A DNA stretch of 64,000 nt from Oopsacas minuta (lineage: Eukaryota > Animalia > Porifera): assembly GCA_024704765.1 (NCBI GenBank), contig JAKMXF010000166.1, positions 248,001 through 312,000 of the forward strand, given 5' to 3'. This document shows positions 11,731 to 23,383 of the stretch, piece after piece (position 1 is the stretch's first letter; each line of letters begins with the position of its first letter). The position numbers and the translations under genes were made by a program. The notes beneath the pieces are model-generated. The model was not told the origin of the DNA, did not search any database, and was given only the letters and a program-made list of their open reading frames with translations.

Positions 11731-12011
11731 TACTTGTTTCTCATCCCCGGCTGTCCAAAATTATGTCCCCCCGTCTGGAAAGATTTTATTTGTATTTATC
11801 TCCAAATTCATGGATAATTCTTTGGTCAGAGATTGTGCAATCCACTTTTTCCTTAACTTGTATAGTTGAAAAATTCAATGTTTTCTGCCCAGGAAGAATG
11901 CGATGAGAAATTCAATCATATTTACATACGTATACACTGGCCAATAAATATTAAAAATGTAATACCGTCCACCGTCCCAGTTTTCAAAGAAATTCCGGAT
12001 GAGAAACGAAT
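11731..12011. mobile_element. MITE family A, copy 1 (TIR TACTTGTTTCTCATCC)
   Basis: Starts TACTTGTTTCTCATCCCC, ends GGATGAGAAACG; internal similarity to 16197-16444 and 60819-61077. Confidence 0.8.
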
Positions 12012-12385
12012 CAGCGTAATTATCGTATTTGCAATTACGTATACGCACTATTTACTATACAAAAATATACTTTTTGTCCATGAAAAAATGTTGTTAATAC
12101 TGCCTACAATTCCCATAGATGCTAGTATGTCTAAATTTTGATTAGCCTTTTCCGCCAATCTAATCTACAAATATTATCCATACTAAAAATCCCAACATAT
12201 TTTATCCCACTAATTGACTAATGCACATTGCTTTCGTACGAACTGTAGTTCTCAATCAAAATTGAATTACTGTTTCACTAGTCACACTTCGTGTCATTCA
12301 TTAGGCTTAGATAGTTACCAACTATAAAATAATGACTCAGTTGATTGACTGACTAATTATCTTTTCCCATTTTTAGCAACTCAAG

Positions 12386-15289
12386 ATGGCCGAGTTGGAG
12401 AAAACGAAGGCTCTAATTCGTTCAGTGCTGATTTCCGAACCAGCAGGTATCCCAATGCATCGATTTCGTCAAGACTACAAAGAAATTACTTTGCAAGAAC
12501 TACCTCTCCTTGGATACAGAAATGTTGAGGAATTATGCCTTGGACTCAGGGACGTAATACGAGTACAGAAAACTAGTAACCTCTTATTCGGGGTATCTGA
12601 TTCCAGGACTCAACATGTAGAAGTCCTGATAGCTAATCAGAAAAAGAAAAAGCGTTCTCGAGCTCGCGCTAATACCAATAGCTATCGTGGACATTCTACA
12701 AGTTTTCATAGAAGTCGTTCATCACATAATCCCCGACCTAGGTCGAATTCGTCCCCACATATATCAAATCAACCTCAGAGGGCAATTTCTTACCCACCAA
12801 TCTCTTCAAAACACCATTCTAATCCCAAACGAGCCTCCACACCTCCACACTCTAATTTCCCTCGTGCACGAAATTCTAACCCTAACCAGAGATTCTCTGT
12901 GTTTGACAGGCTTAGACCAGTTCCTCCAGCTAAACCAACTCCTCGTCCTACTCAAGAATTATACTCTCCACCTCCAGCTCGTGTTCTCTCTTCGAATCGA
13001 ACAGTCTCATTCTTTTCTGGTGACAGTTTGCACTCTCCTCTCCCCACCTCTCCTTACTCCTCTTCTAAGAACTGGTCAATCCCACCCAACAGTCCTACCT
13101 GGAGACACGAGTACTCTGATGCTCGTACCTACTCCCTTACCGACCTGCCCAATTATGCCAGACCAGGGGAGCTAATATTCGTGATAGGATACTTCAAGGG
13201 GGAGCGGAGGATGGAGGATCGGGTTTTAGAAAGCGGACGAGTACTGAAACTTAACACTCTCCGGTTTCGAATTTACAAAACTCTTGAATTTAAGAACTCT
13301 GTACTCTGTACATTCTCATTTCCTAATTGGGCTATTAGCACTTATAACTCTCCTAACCAGATCAAAGAGGGAACCTGGGTTAAAGTCTATGGTACTTATG
13401 ACAATTCTAGCATAGCTGTAAACTACTTAGAAGTGTATGATGACGTAACACATGAATACGACCATATTCCTGTTGTAGCGAAAAGTATGTCTACTCTGTC
13501 TATCAACAACAAACCCCCTCTACTACAAGACACAGCTCAAAACGAAAGAAGCTTATCCTCTGCATCAGATACCTCAGTTTTCACAGATTCAGAAATTACA
13601 ACTGCAGAAGAGGATGAAAGTCACGACCAGGGATACTCATCTCCAATAAATCCTAGAGTTGATTTCCCTCCTGCTTCTTCTATCAGTCCATCAAATGTTC
13701 CTAATGAATTCTACTCACGTGTCAAGTCTATCTCCACTCTAACTCATTTCTACCTGATACTAGACGACACTAATGGGGTACTTGAGAATCTCACAGATAG
13801 ATTAACTTCCCTCCAACAGGGTATTAAGCCGGATAGCATATTAATCCCTGGTGAATGTAAGGATCTGTTGTGTAGTGCATTCAACGTAACTTCATCCAAA
13901 TGGCACAGAGCTAGGTTCCTGAATAATTATCCTAGAAGATCATCTACATATGCTGTGTCTTTTATTGATCTGGGAGAGGAAACACAGGTACCAGAAGGAT
14001 ACATCCGTCCATTTCATCCTGAATATCTCCAGCTGACGGCACAGGCTCTCCCTTGCTCTCTCCCCCTCCCCAAGAACATGGCCTCTGATACTCAACTGAT
14101 TGCTTTCTTCCGTAAAATAGTTTCGAACATTCCTCTGAAAACACGTGTTAACAAACAACATGACAACAAGTTCCAAGTAGACTTAACCACCCCCGATGGT
14201 AAGAACATAGTATCAGAGATAATGTCAGCATTTACTGATAGAAACGCTACCTTTGATAATGATACATTACGTATGGTGTCTCATCCTGATCATTTTAAAT
14301 TCGATATCAATTCTGAACTCTCTCCAACAGACAGACAATCAGAACCTTTCATTGATAACTATATTCCTCCAAATGAACCCAATAGGTATTCAATTGCTCA
14401 TAATTCATTTGTAGACTCACTCAGTCCTCTTCAGAACGATGGTCTAGTTTACAACAAACCTACTCATATCAATATCCCTGGTCCTCAAGCTGATGGTTAT
14501 ACAATTCAATCTAATTCTCTTAGCACCCATGGTCCAATAGCTGCCCCGATTAACCAGCTATCTAACGGAATACGACCCCCTACTAGAAGATTACAATCTT
14601 CTCTATCTATCTCCAACTACTCAGGACCTCTTAACATACGTCCTGTTATGACGTCATACAGTTACGATACAAAAATGCGTTTCCCTACTTCTCTAGCTTC
14701 AGACCTACAGAAATTGGTACATTTTGAGACTTTACCAATAACAAACAACTTTGAAGGTATAATAACATCAATAATAAGCCCTGACAAGTTCTATATTCAA
14801 AACTGCGAGAGAAGAAAGGAGCTAGCTAAGTTTTCATCTTTATTACAGTTTTACGGAACCGTTAACAAACAATCTACCCTCCCAACAGGGTCTGTAATTG
14901 AATTCTGCCTTGGTTTAAGTAGAAATAAGCAATGGGTTCGAGTACAGGTTCAAAATTGGAATAGTAGTCGTTCAGAAGCTCAAGTTCTGCTTTTAGATTA
15001 CGGAACTGAAGAAACTATTCATTTAGGCAATCTTCTTAAGTTGGCTACCAATCATTTCCAGCTGCCTTTTCAGGCAATCCTTGTTAAACTCGATGGAATC
15101 CAGCCTCTGGATACCACTTGGACGGATTCCACTATTTCAAGGTTTAGGAATCTTACAATTGATAAAGTAATGCGGGTATACCCTAAGCTTCCCTCCCCAG
15201 CCATAGTCCTTACTGATACTACATTAAGTCCAAGCGTGGACGTACATAAATTGCTCATTTCAGAAGGTTTAGCCAAAGCAAGCATATAA
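12386..15289 (+). CDS. LOTUS (OST-HTH) + two extended Tudor domain protein, TDRD5/TDRD7-like, single-exon CDS
   Basis: N-terminal LEKTKALIRSVLISEPAGIPMHRFRQDYKEIT..LGYRNVEELC; Tudor cores KWHRAR..VSFIDLGE and KQWVRVQV..LLDYGTEE with SN-like flanks (ALPCSL, FQAILVKLDGIQP). Confidence 0.85.
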   Translation: MAELEKTKALIRSVLISEPAGIPMHRFRQDYKEITLQELPLLGYRNVEELCLGLRDVIRVQKTSNLLFGVSDSRTQHVEVLIANQKKKKRSRARANTNSYRGHSTSFHRSRSSHNPRPRSNSSPHISNQPQRAISYPPISSKHHSNPKRASTPPHSNFPRARNSNPNQRFSVFDRLRPVPPAKPTPRPTQELYSPPPARVLSSNRTVSFFSGDSLHSPLPTSPYSSSKNWSIPPNSPTWRHEYSDARTYSLTDLPNYARPGELIFVIGYFKGERRMEDRVLESGRVLKLNTLRFRIYKTLEFKNSVLCTFSFPNWAISTYNSPNQIKEGTWVKVYGTYDNSSIAVNYLEVYDDVTHEYDHIPVVAKSMSTLSINNKPPLLQDTAQNERSLSSASDTSVFTDSEITTAEEDESHDQGYSSPINPRVDFPPASSISPSNVPNEFYSRVKSISTLTHFYLILDDTNGVLENLTDRLTSLQQGIKPDSILIPGECKDLLCSAFNVTSSKWHRARFLNNYPRRSSTYAVSFIDLGEETQVPEGYIRPFHPEYLQLTAQALPCSLPLPKNMASDTQLIAFFRKIVSNIPLKTRVNKQHDNKFQVDLTTPDGKNIVSEIMSAFTDRNATFDNDTLRMVSHPDHFKFDINSELSPTDRQSEPFIDNYIPPNEPNRYSIAHNSFVDSLSPLQNDGLVYNKPTHINIPGPQADGYTIQSNSLSTHGPIAAPINQLSNGIRPPTRRLQSSLSISNYSGPLNIRPVMTSYSYDTKMRFPTSLASDLQKLVHFETLPITNNFEGIITSIISPDKFYIQNCERRKELAKFSSLLQFYGTVNKQSTLPTGSVIEFCLGLSRNKQWVRVQVQNWNSSRSEAQVLLLDYGTEETIHLGNLLKLATNHFQLPFQAILVKLDGIQPLDTTWTDSTISRFRNLTIDKVMRVYPKLPSPAIVLTDTTLSPSVDVHKLLISEGLAKASI

Positions 15290-15291
15290 TG

Positions 15292-15327
15292 ACATAGTTA
15301 TCACATAGTTATCACATAGTTATCACT
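15292..15327. repeat. 11-bp tandem repeat (ACATAGTTATC) x3 directly after the LOTUS-Tudor stop codon
   Basis: Read directly: acatagttatc acatagttatc acatagttatc ac. Confidence 0.85.
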
Positions 15328-16196
15328 TAGGAATTAGAATCTGATTTTATTTAACTTCATTTGTCCTGCGTATTGAGTATGAATTTTCTGATAAATAAAT
15401 ACATACTGATACTGAATTAAATTTTATTCGATGATATTCCTTAATTGTTACATAGGGCTTGGGGCAATTAATTCTCTAATTCATTTACTTTTATGTACTT
15501 TTGATGGTTACTAGATTCTGCATTTTTGATTATGTTTAAACTTGAAAGTATACTGCATCTTCTTTTCATTGTTTATATTGTTTTACTTAATGCAATAGGT
15601 ATTTGCTAATAGTTGAACGTTTATATCCGATCTGAAAATGAATTGACCTATTTGAATTGGTGTTAATTAAGAAAATGCCTTTAGTCCCTGAAAATACCAA
15701 ATATTTATACTAAATTTTTTGCCTACTGCATCCCTCGATAAAAGTATTTATCCGGTTAGTTACTTTCTAAAAGATATGCAATTAGAAAATTAATGAAGTT
15801 AGCATATTAACCCATTAACCTTCCTCCCCAGTCTTAATCTTCATCAATGTATTTGTAGTCGTAATCACGGGATAGCTCAATACACTCCCTTATTGTTCTC
15901 AATTACATAAATCGCTTACAGCAGAAACTCTAGACTGTCATCGATACATGCTATTTGGAAAACAGTTTTTCAGATTTATTATATGAAATATACAACTTGT
16001 CCATATAATAATGCTTAGTTAGACAATATTTATTATACTCAACTTACTATTAATTATATTGAATCATATATACGAGGTCTTACTCATACAGATTGGATTA
16101 TTTCTGAAATACGACCTCCTTTATTTGATCTCTGTAAGAAATCCCGAATAAACCTTCCACTATTGAATTTCCCACTTATTATATGTAAGGATAATA

Positions 16197-16444
16197 TACT
16201 TGTTTCTCATCCTCGCCCAGTTCAAAATTTTATCTCTCTGGCCCGAAAAATTATACTTTTTAACGAATTTTGGATAATTCTTTGATCACAGATTGGGAAA
16301 TCCACATTCGGCTACTTGTATAGTTGAAATATCTATCCTTTATGCCCTTGAGAGAATGTAATGATAATCAATTGTAATTTTCCTTTATAAAAATGTGATA
16401 AATACTATCCGCCGTCTGAGGAAATTCCGAATGAGAAACAAGTA
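16197..16444. mobile_element. MITE family A, copy 2
   Basis: TACTTGTTTCTCATCC ... ATGAGAAACAAGTA; internal similarity to the other copies. Confidence 0.8.
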
Positions 16445-17670
16445 ATTTAGTTTGCATGGTTTGACCCCTGCAGGGAAGGACGTGGTGGTAACGTAAGGAC
16501 ATATGTTCATTTACAGGCTCTATCCCCGTTTTATCAATTAATATTAACTCGAGTAAATCTAGTTAATTCACCATGACCGCAGTTGAAATTTCCTTACTGC
16601 CGTTGTTTACATACTATCTTCTGATTATTTAGCTTAGATAGGCCAATTTCTTGGAATTCACATTGTGTAACAACGTAACGTGTCGATAGTATATTTTGTC
16701 TCAGAATACATTATATATATGTATATACTGTATCGTCTTGTAGTCTCCGATTACTGCATTACCTAATTATCATATGCGTTGCTAGCAGCCCTAGAGCAAT
16801 TGCCAGCAAGGCCAGTGGCAACCCCAAAGGGAAAATGCTAGCTATGTCTCTGCTAATTATATTTATCAAACTAGCCCCTTAACAGGGTTAATATATTCAA
16901 TACATATCCCGAAAGATAGATAGTAATTCCAATTGAATAATTAATTCTATTCGTTAACTTTAACCAATGTATTATTTCCTTGTATTTCTGCTGGCATGGT
17001 TAGAAATAACATGCATGATATCACGTAACTATCTTTTGCTAATTTACATATCAAATCAAATTTTGAGCTGAGTAAAATTCACTCCAAAGTTTAAAGTTCA
17101 TGCTAGAGCCATAGTCTATGCACTTTGTTCATGATCTGGCAACTCTACAGGTAACTACCTTTGAATAAATGGCTTGGTTATGAACAGCGAATCGAATATA
17201 ACCATGAAACTATAAGAGGGAGGTTGAGTCCCTAGGTGTCATTTGATTCTTCTTCTTTGTCCGAGGATGATGCAAGATCTATCATGCATCAGCTAGTGGT
17301 ATGCATTATTCTATATATAATTGTAAACATGAATTGAGGTCATATTAACAGTGATGCATTTCTGATCTTTTATCCTCTTAAAATATGATCATCTTTAATT
17401 ACGCTATCATGGTAACAAATTTGCCTCATTGCTTTGCACTTATTCAGGTGACCTTTGAGTATTTTCTTATCTTCTATCTTCTATCTAATTTTCAAGATTG
17501 ATACTATCTCCAACTTATACTCGAAGGATGTTTGTTGATTTAACATACAACGATATGAAATAACTTTCCACAACATTTATGCTTAAAACATAGGTTAGTA
17601 ATTCTTTAAGAATTATAATTTTCCCAATACGTACATATTTATTTATGAATATTATTTTATGGTTAGATAA

Positions 17671-19039
17671 TACCGGGTGTTTCAAAAAAAACAGGCCCCA
17701 AAATCATGGAGCCATATTTCAGACGATTCTATGTATTCAGATATACCATTGATAACTAGTATAAATATACTACTTTTTAACAATATAACTAAGGGAAAAG
17801 GTTGAAATTACTGAAATACCCAACTTATAGCATATGTTCTAGGTGCCCGCCATTAACTTCCATGCATTTTCTTAGTCTTTTCACAAATTCTTCATTACAT
17901 CCATGCACACTGACTTTGGAATCTTTCCCATTTCATCCTTAATGGATATTTTTAGTTCTCTGATGCTCTAGGGTTTGTTAGCATATACTTTATCCTTCAA
18001 ATAGCCCCAAAGATAGAAATCAGGGGGGCTCAGGTCCGGGCTATGAGGGGCCCACTCAAAGGGGTCAGTCGACTGATGATTCTGGTTCCAAAGTGGTTTT
18101 TAAGCCATTCCCTAGCAATTAATGAGGTATGGGCAGGGGCTCCATCTTGCTGGAACCATAATTTGGGTAGTAGAGAGGGGTAGAGTGATTCCACTTCTTT
18201 CCAGAACTCATTAAGCACCTTGACGTAGCGTTCCTTTGTCACAGTCACATTTCGACCATTTTCTTCGATGAAAATAGGTCCAATGATGCCTCTCGCCCCA
18301 ATAGCAGCCCACACGGTGCATCTTTCGGAATGTAATGGCTTCTGAACTATCTCTGAAGGCTTCTGAGTACCCCAAAATACATTGTTCTTACTATTGACCC
18401 GCCCATCCAGCTCAAAATGAGCCTCATCCGAGGTGAAATGAAGCCCAAGGAATGAGTCACAACTTTCAACTTTGGCGACCAATTTCTCAGTCATAGCTAC
18501 CCTCTTGACCTTATCTACATTTGATAGCTTCTGGCCAGTTTGTATTCTATAGGGGAAAAAGGACAAATCTTGTTTCAAGACTCTCCAGAGGGTGGTAGGG
18601 GTGACACCAAGAGACTAGCTCCTCTTCCGGATTGACCTTTTTGGGCTGTTTCCAACTGCCTCCCTGACATCATCAATAACCTCCGCAGTTCTCTTCCTAG
18701 GTCTCCCAGAATGAGTTGGACGCTTGGAATCCTTTGTAATTAGGTTTAGCACGGTCCCATATGCCCTAAAATGGCTAACCCAGGATTGAATCACACTCTT
18801 ACAGGGCGAGGAAGCTGCCTCTAACTTTGCATGAAATAACTCATTGACCGTCTAAACGACCCATGTTTGAAGTAGAATTCGACACAGAATATGCGGTGTT
18901 CCAACTTCCAATTTGGCATGGATGTATTCACAGGAGTTGTTTCTGCCATATAGTGAAGAGAAAATATTGCTATAATAGAATACCTGTACATAGAGAGAAA
19001 AAGATGTAACTGGGGCCTAATTTTTTGAAACACCCGGTA
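17671..19039 (-). mobile_element. Full-length (~1365 bp) IS630-Tc1-mariner DNA transposon, DD41D (rosa/Visitor) type, with TA target duplication
   Basis: TIRs TA-CCGGGTGTTTCAAAAAA..GGCCCCA at both ends; transposase with FTSDEAHF, WFQQDGAPAH, W-A-P-H-SPDLSPPDFYLWG; 41 residues between second and third Asp after repairing a 1-bp deletion. Confidence 0.92.
17825..18949 (-). pseudogene. Inactivated DD41D transposase
   Basis: Frameshift near 18850, in-frame TAG near 18616 (KRSIRKRS*SLG), 1-bp deletion near 18058; C-terminus ends CMEVNGGHLEHML*. Confidence 0.9.
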
Positions 19040-20510
19040 TTCATAAAAGTTTCCCTTTCGGCTATTAAACATATTTTTTTGCTAATGTACACATATTTAC
19101 GAGACATTCGTTCTTTACACATTTTAATTGTTTAAAGCAGATTCTTTACTTTTTTTACAGGTGGATTTCCTTGATTGATTGTGCAACGGCTAATTTTTTA
19201 TCTTTCTCTTAGATTTTTGCTACGTGAATATATATTGCTCGTAATTTCCCTCCCACTAATTCATACCTTTGCAATTCTAATTGACTTGCACAATAGTGTT
19301 AATTTTGTGTCATTCCTGGAAATATTGATAGCATAGAGAACACTGCACTTGTGCTAAATATTAGCATTTCTCATGATTATTGAATAACTTCTATATGGAA
19401 AAACAATGAAGTTTACAAATTTGTGAATATGAAATAGTATGAGACAATAAGTAATAACGATGTCTTTCATAAAACTAGAGGAGGGAAGAATTTCATATGG
19501 GCTAGTTGGCAGAAAACTTTCAACTTTTGGGCTTTTTGTTTCAACACATTATTTTCATATCCTTCTTTAAGATCTTCAGCAGTACAGAGGATGATCCAAA
19601 TTTGGTATTGTTTTGTCCGTCTGCCATTTGATCGATTCACCACAAGTTTAGAAGGATAGAAGTCCTGATCACTTTTGAAATGTATTCCAATTTGTAAGAT
19701 AATGTTATTTACTACCAAGATATTGTTATACGTAATTTTTTACTTTTTTGAATGATGAAGTATCTCCCTATGAATCGTCTTGTTCAAGTTATTCTAATCA
19801 CATACCTCCTTGGAAGTCAAGGAATGTAAATCACCAGTACAGAAGTTAGCGGGGCCACGGGTCTCAATATATTCTAATTAACCCTAGCCTCTTCCAATAT
19901 TCTTGCTAATCCAAACCCAGAAGATACGATTTAATTTACATTTCACTAACTCTTACAATACATATCAAATGCATTTACTCAATTTTTCGGTATTTTTGTT
20001 TATTGATATATGTACGTATAGATTCCTCTTTATACAATCTTAATTGAACTAATCATTTACAACATTATACAACTGTTTGACTAACTCTACAACGTATGGT
20101 CTAAATTCTACTTCAGCATTAATAAATTGAATCAGGAATTTACTACGTACACTAAAACTGAATACGACATATCTAGCTCCCGTAGCAGCATTGTATCAAT
20201 TCTAAGAAACTTTATATTAGTCGAGTGCCCTCAACAGTGGAGCGGACCTGGATCCGAGTAAGTTTATGTGGCGTCAGTAACAAATATTAATGCATTCAAT
20301 TACACAGAAAGTGGCGCATTACTGGCGGAATCACCTTTTAGGGTATGTCCGGTCTCCCAGTTTCTGAATCAATACATCACTCATAAGCAGCAAATTTTTA
20401 TTGGCATTTACAAAATTCTTAGAAATTTGAGAAAAAATACATTAATATTGTGAGAAAGCTGATTTATTTGATAAATTGCTTAAAATAATTCTAACCATGA
20501 ATTCTTGTTG

Positions 20511-20807
20511 TTAGTAATATTCGCTATTTAACAACAAACAACACTCTTTATACATTTTCAATTCTTCTATTTCTGCTTGAATTGTTTGAAATTCCAATTT
20601 TAGCTCATCTCGTACCTTCTGTAAACTTCCGTAATTTGATTGCCTTTCTTGATATCGATGTTTCCCTGATTTTTGCAAAAGTCTTTTCCTGCGATAATTT
20701 TTAACCTCAGTAACTTCTTCTTTAGAAGCATTATTCTTTTCTAATAATCTGTTTAACTCGGGTATTGTTGAGTATACGATATCCTCTTCTGTTAGATAAT
20801 ATGCCAT
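20511..20807 (-). CDS. Small Maf-like bZIP protein with degenerate basic region
   Basis: LTEEDIVYSTIPELNRLL..SKEEVTEVKNYRR matches the Maf extended homology region; four-heptad zipper L-L-I-L; basic region diverged. Confidence 0.75.
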   Translation of the reverse strand: MAYYLTEEDIVYSTIPELNRLLEKNNASKEEVTEVKNYRRKRLLQKSGKHRYQERQSNYGSLQKVRDELKLEFQTIQAEIEELKMYKECCLLLNSEYY

Positions 20808-22372
20808 TCTTTATTAAATATATTTTCATTATTCTTACACTCATTTATATACATTATTACAGTAGATTTTGCATATCAAATAACTTACGTATCCAATAAT
20901 ATATCCTAATGGCTTATCTATTTACTCTATGTTTACTAGATGCATGTTACGTAATCAATTGCAGCGAACTACTTGTTCTACCTAAACATTCTGGATGTGG
21001 TTTATGCTTAACATCAAAATTATAATGTCAAGCATTTACAGCCAAAGCTTGTACTTAATTGTATTATGTAAGACTCACTCGTATATCAAGAAATTGATTT
21101 ACTGATCCTAACATGGTATTTATCCTAAGACAATATTTACAACTCAGATGTGCACATTCAATTCTTCAATAAGAGAGTCACCTCAAATCTCAGTACTATC
21201 TTAAAATGGGTCGCCCCAACTCCCTATTTTCTCACGAACCTGCATCTATTTGGTTAGTTTGACATACTTTCCAAGTTTGTAGCTCTTACCAGTTATATAA
21301 TCAAATTTTGGAAAAATCAACAGTACAACTCAAATCCTTCCCCAGTTACCTCTGATTAGCTACAAGAGTCTAAATTATTAAATTAAACAAAAGGCGTTAA
21401 AATATTATTAAACAAAATTCTTTTATTTATAATAGCCAAGAGATACGCCCTTACTACTCTAATTTGTCGTGATTTGTTATCACTAGACGCAAAATGTGAT
21501 TAATATCTCATAATAGTATTTTAAATATTATACTCTACCTTCTGAAAAGTTTAGTTTGAGCCATTTACTACCAATACTATCCAACTCATATTAATCTACC
21601 AATATATTCATATTTATGTTTAGATGGGGTTTCTCAAACTGTGGTACATGTGGTCGTATGATCAAACTTGGCCACAGATATGTTTACGTTATATTGGTCA
21701 AATTGATCCTCTATGGCCATTTTGACCAACCAAAACACTTTGCAAAATAATTAAAATTAAGACGGATTAACAGAGGCATTGGATCCGCTATTTTCTAGTT
21801 TAATCAAATTAATAGTATTTCAGTTTTCATCTTAGTTTATACGCTGTCCCATCATTATTTTCAACAATTACCATTACTCAATGAATTGCCGATGTAGACT
21901 TTTTTTCTCAATATTAAGAAAAACTTCTTACACTGCAAATTTGTGAGTTTTCTGATTGCAATGCTATCTAGCTGGGCGGCGTAATGAATTATATGTTTAT
22001 GAATGTATTTGTTTATTTGATTAGTTAATGGTCTCATTTATAATTAGCATCAACGTTAGCAATTGTCAGAGTTTGAACATAAGTAGACTAGAGTTCATAA
22101 TACTTTATACTAAAATTGGTAATTATTTGATTAATTGTAATTATCAATGAAATGACAGTTACAATGTAAATCACGTGGTTTAGTGATTTATCCTTTCAGG
22201 CTAATTCAGTGTTTTATCTATCCTAGGCACAGTACTAATTACCATTCTGTGTTGGTAAGAATCGATTCAGATTTCAGATTATATTTAATAACTCATACTG
22301 CATAACAATAATCTACAGTTACAATCCAGAACACACAACATACAAGAATGTAAAGCTAGTAGTAGTTTGGGT

Positions 22373-22576
22373 CTAAGCAGAAGCAGCCTTGAAGAGAACT
22401 TGCTTCTTAACTTCTTCAAATTCAAAGTCATCATAGTTTGATAGATGCAGATGTAGAAATGACATACTAGCTAACATCCCCAATGCTCCCTTAGAGCTCG
22501 CATAGATCATCTTCTCTCTCACTCCACATCCTTCTGGATTACTATAATACACAGAATAATAAATACGTACACAGTA

Positions 22577-22625
<49 letters not shown>

Positions 22626-23088
22626 GATAATGTGAGAATTATTATGTAAATGTGTATATACTTACAAATGGAAGAGTACCATCTTGTCGACAACTCTCCC
22701 TTTCTTCTCACAGACTAGATTAGTGAATATGTATCGAGGTTCATTCCTGCCTCTAGTGACATCTGCTTCCTTCAGAATATCCACTACCTTTGCAAAGAGA
22801 CTACCAGTTCTCTTTTCAGCTGTTTCATGAGTATCTTTCAGATCTACAATCAGTTCTCTATCTTCTATGAGAGTCTCTACACAGATACACGTCTGTTCTT
22901 TGATGTAGAAGATTACAGCTCTTGCTGTTCGCTTGTTAACTCTATTCATTGCTTCTATGCATTCTGATGTAACTTCAATACCTGTTATGCTTGCTCTACT
23001 CTATTCAATTAGAGAGATAGTATAATATACAAATTATTATATGATTATTTAACTCTATAAGTCAGTACCAGTTAATGGAACTTACCAT
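22373..23088 (-). CDS. ADF/cofilin family protein, copy 1; complement(join(22373..22541,22666..23000,23086..23088))
   Basis: Mirror of the + strand copy; 168 aa; RAVIFYI, EPRYIF, MVLFHFNPEGCGVREKMIYASSK. Confidence 0.9.
22577..22625. repeat. (AAT)n microsatellite in cofilin intron 2, left copy
   Basis: About 16 AAT units; explains the spurious poly-Ile ORF. Confidence 0.95.
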
Positions 23089-23240
23089 ATCAGTTATTAT
23101 TCAATTCGGAGTACTGTTTGTTATTTGAAGATTGTTCCAAGAAATATTTTTTACTCATTTCATGTTTCTTCGCATATTTATAGTTTATAAATTTATTTGT
23201 TTAGATGAGGTTGTATCTAATAATAGAATAGAATATATCT

Positions 23241-23383
23241 CCTTATAAGGAGAAATATAAATACTCTTCTTATATTCATCCATTCAATATTATATGGATA
23301 GATTTATCCATATATGGATTGATTCATCAATTGCTATACTAATTTTAGTTGTTACATATCTCAATACGAATTACCATATAAGG
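23241..23383. promoter_or_regulatory. Three perfect CArG boxes (CC[A/T]6GG) upstream of cofilin copy 1
   Basis: CCTTATAAGG 23241-23250, CCATATATGG 23308-23317, CCATATAAGG 23374-23383. Confidence 0.65.

Larger units (their letters stand above)
22371..23326. repeat. Left arm of a 956-bp inverted repeat (partner 24580-25535)
   Basis: Position x pairs with 47906-x; identical wherever compared, identical ORF translations; mismatch begins at 22370/25536 and 23327/24579. Confidence 0.95.

Noticed and set aside
11866-12141. 91-aa ORF
   Set aside because: Starts inside MITE family A copy 1; no protein-like features.
15807-16891. Possible piggyBac-like element (TTAACCC...GGGTTAA)
   Set aside because: End similarity is only a few bases in AT-rich DNA and no transposase remnant was seen.
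17000-17320. Coding-looking minus-strand text with several stops
   Set aside because: Too decayed to assign; may be an old pseudogene or TE fragment.
19467-19718. 83-aa minus-strand ORF
   Set aside because: Non-ATG start, no homology recognised, no splice link to the Maf-like gene.
21624-21670. hAT/Charlie-like end GGGGTTTCTCAAACTGTGG
   Set aside because: No matching opposite end or target duplication found.
22373-22711. 112-aa ORFs with a poly-Ile run (also 25195-25533)
   Set aside because: The Ile run is the (ATT)n microsatellite within cofilin intron 2; only the 3' part is real exon.
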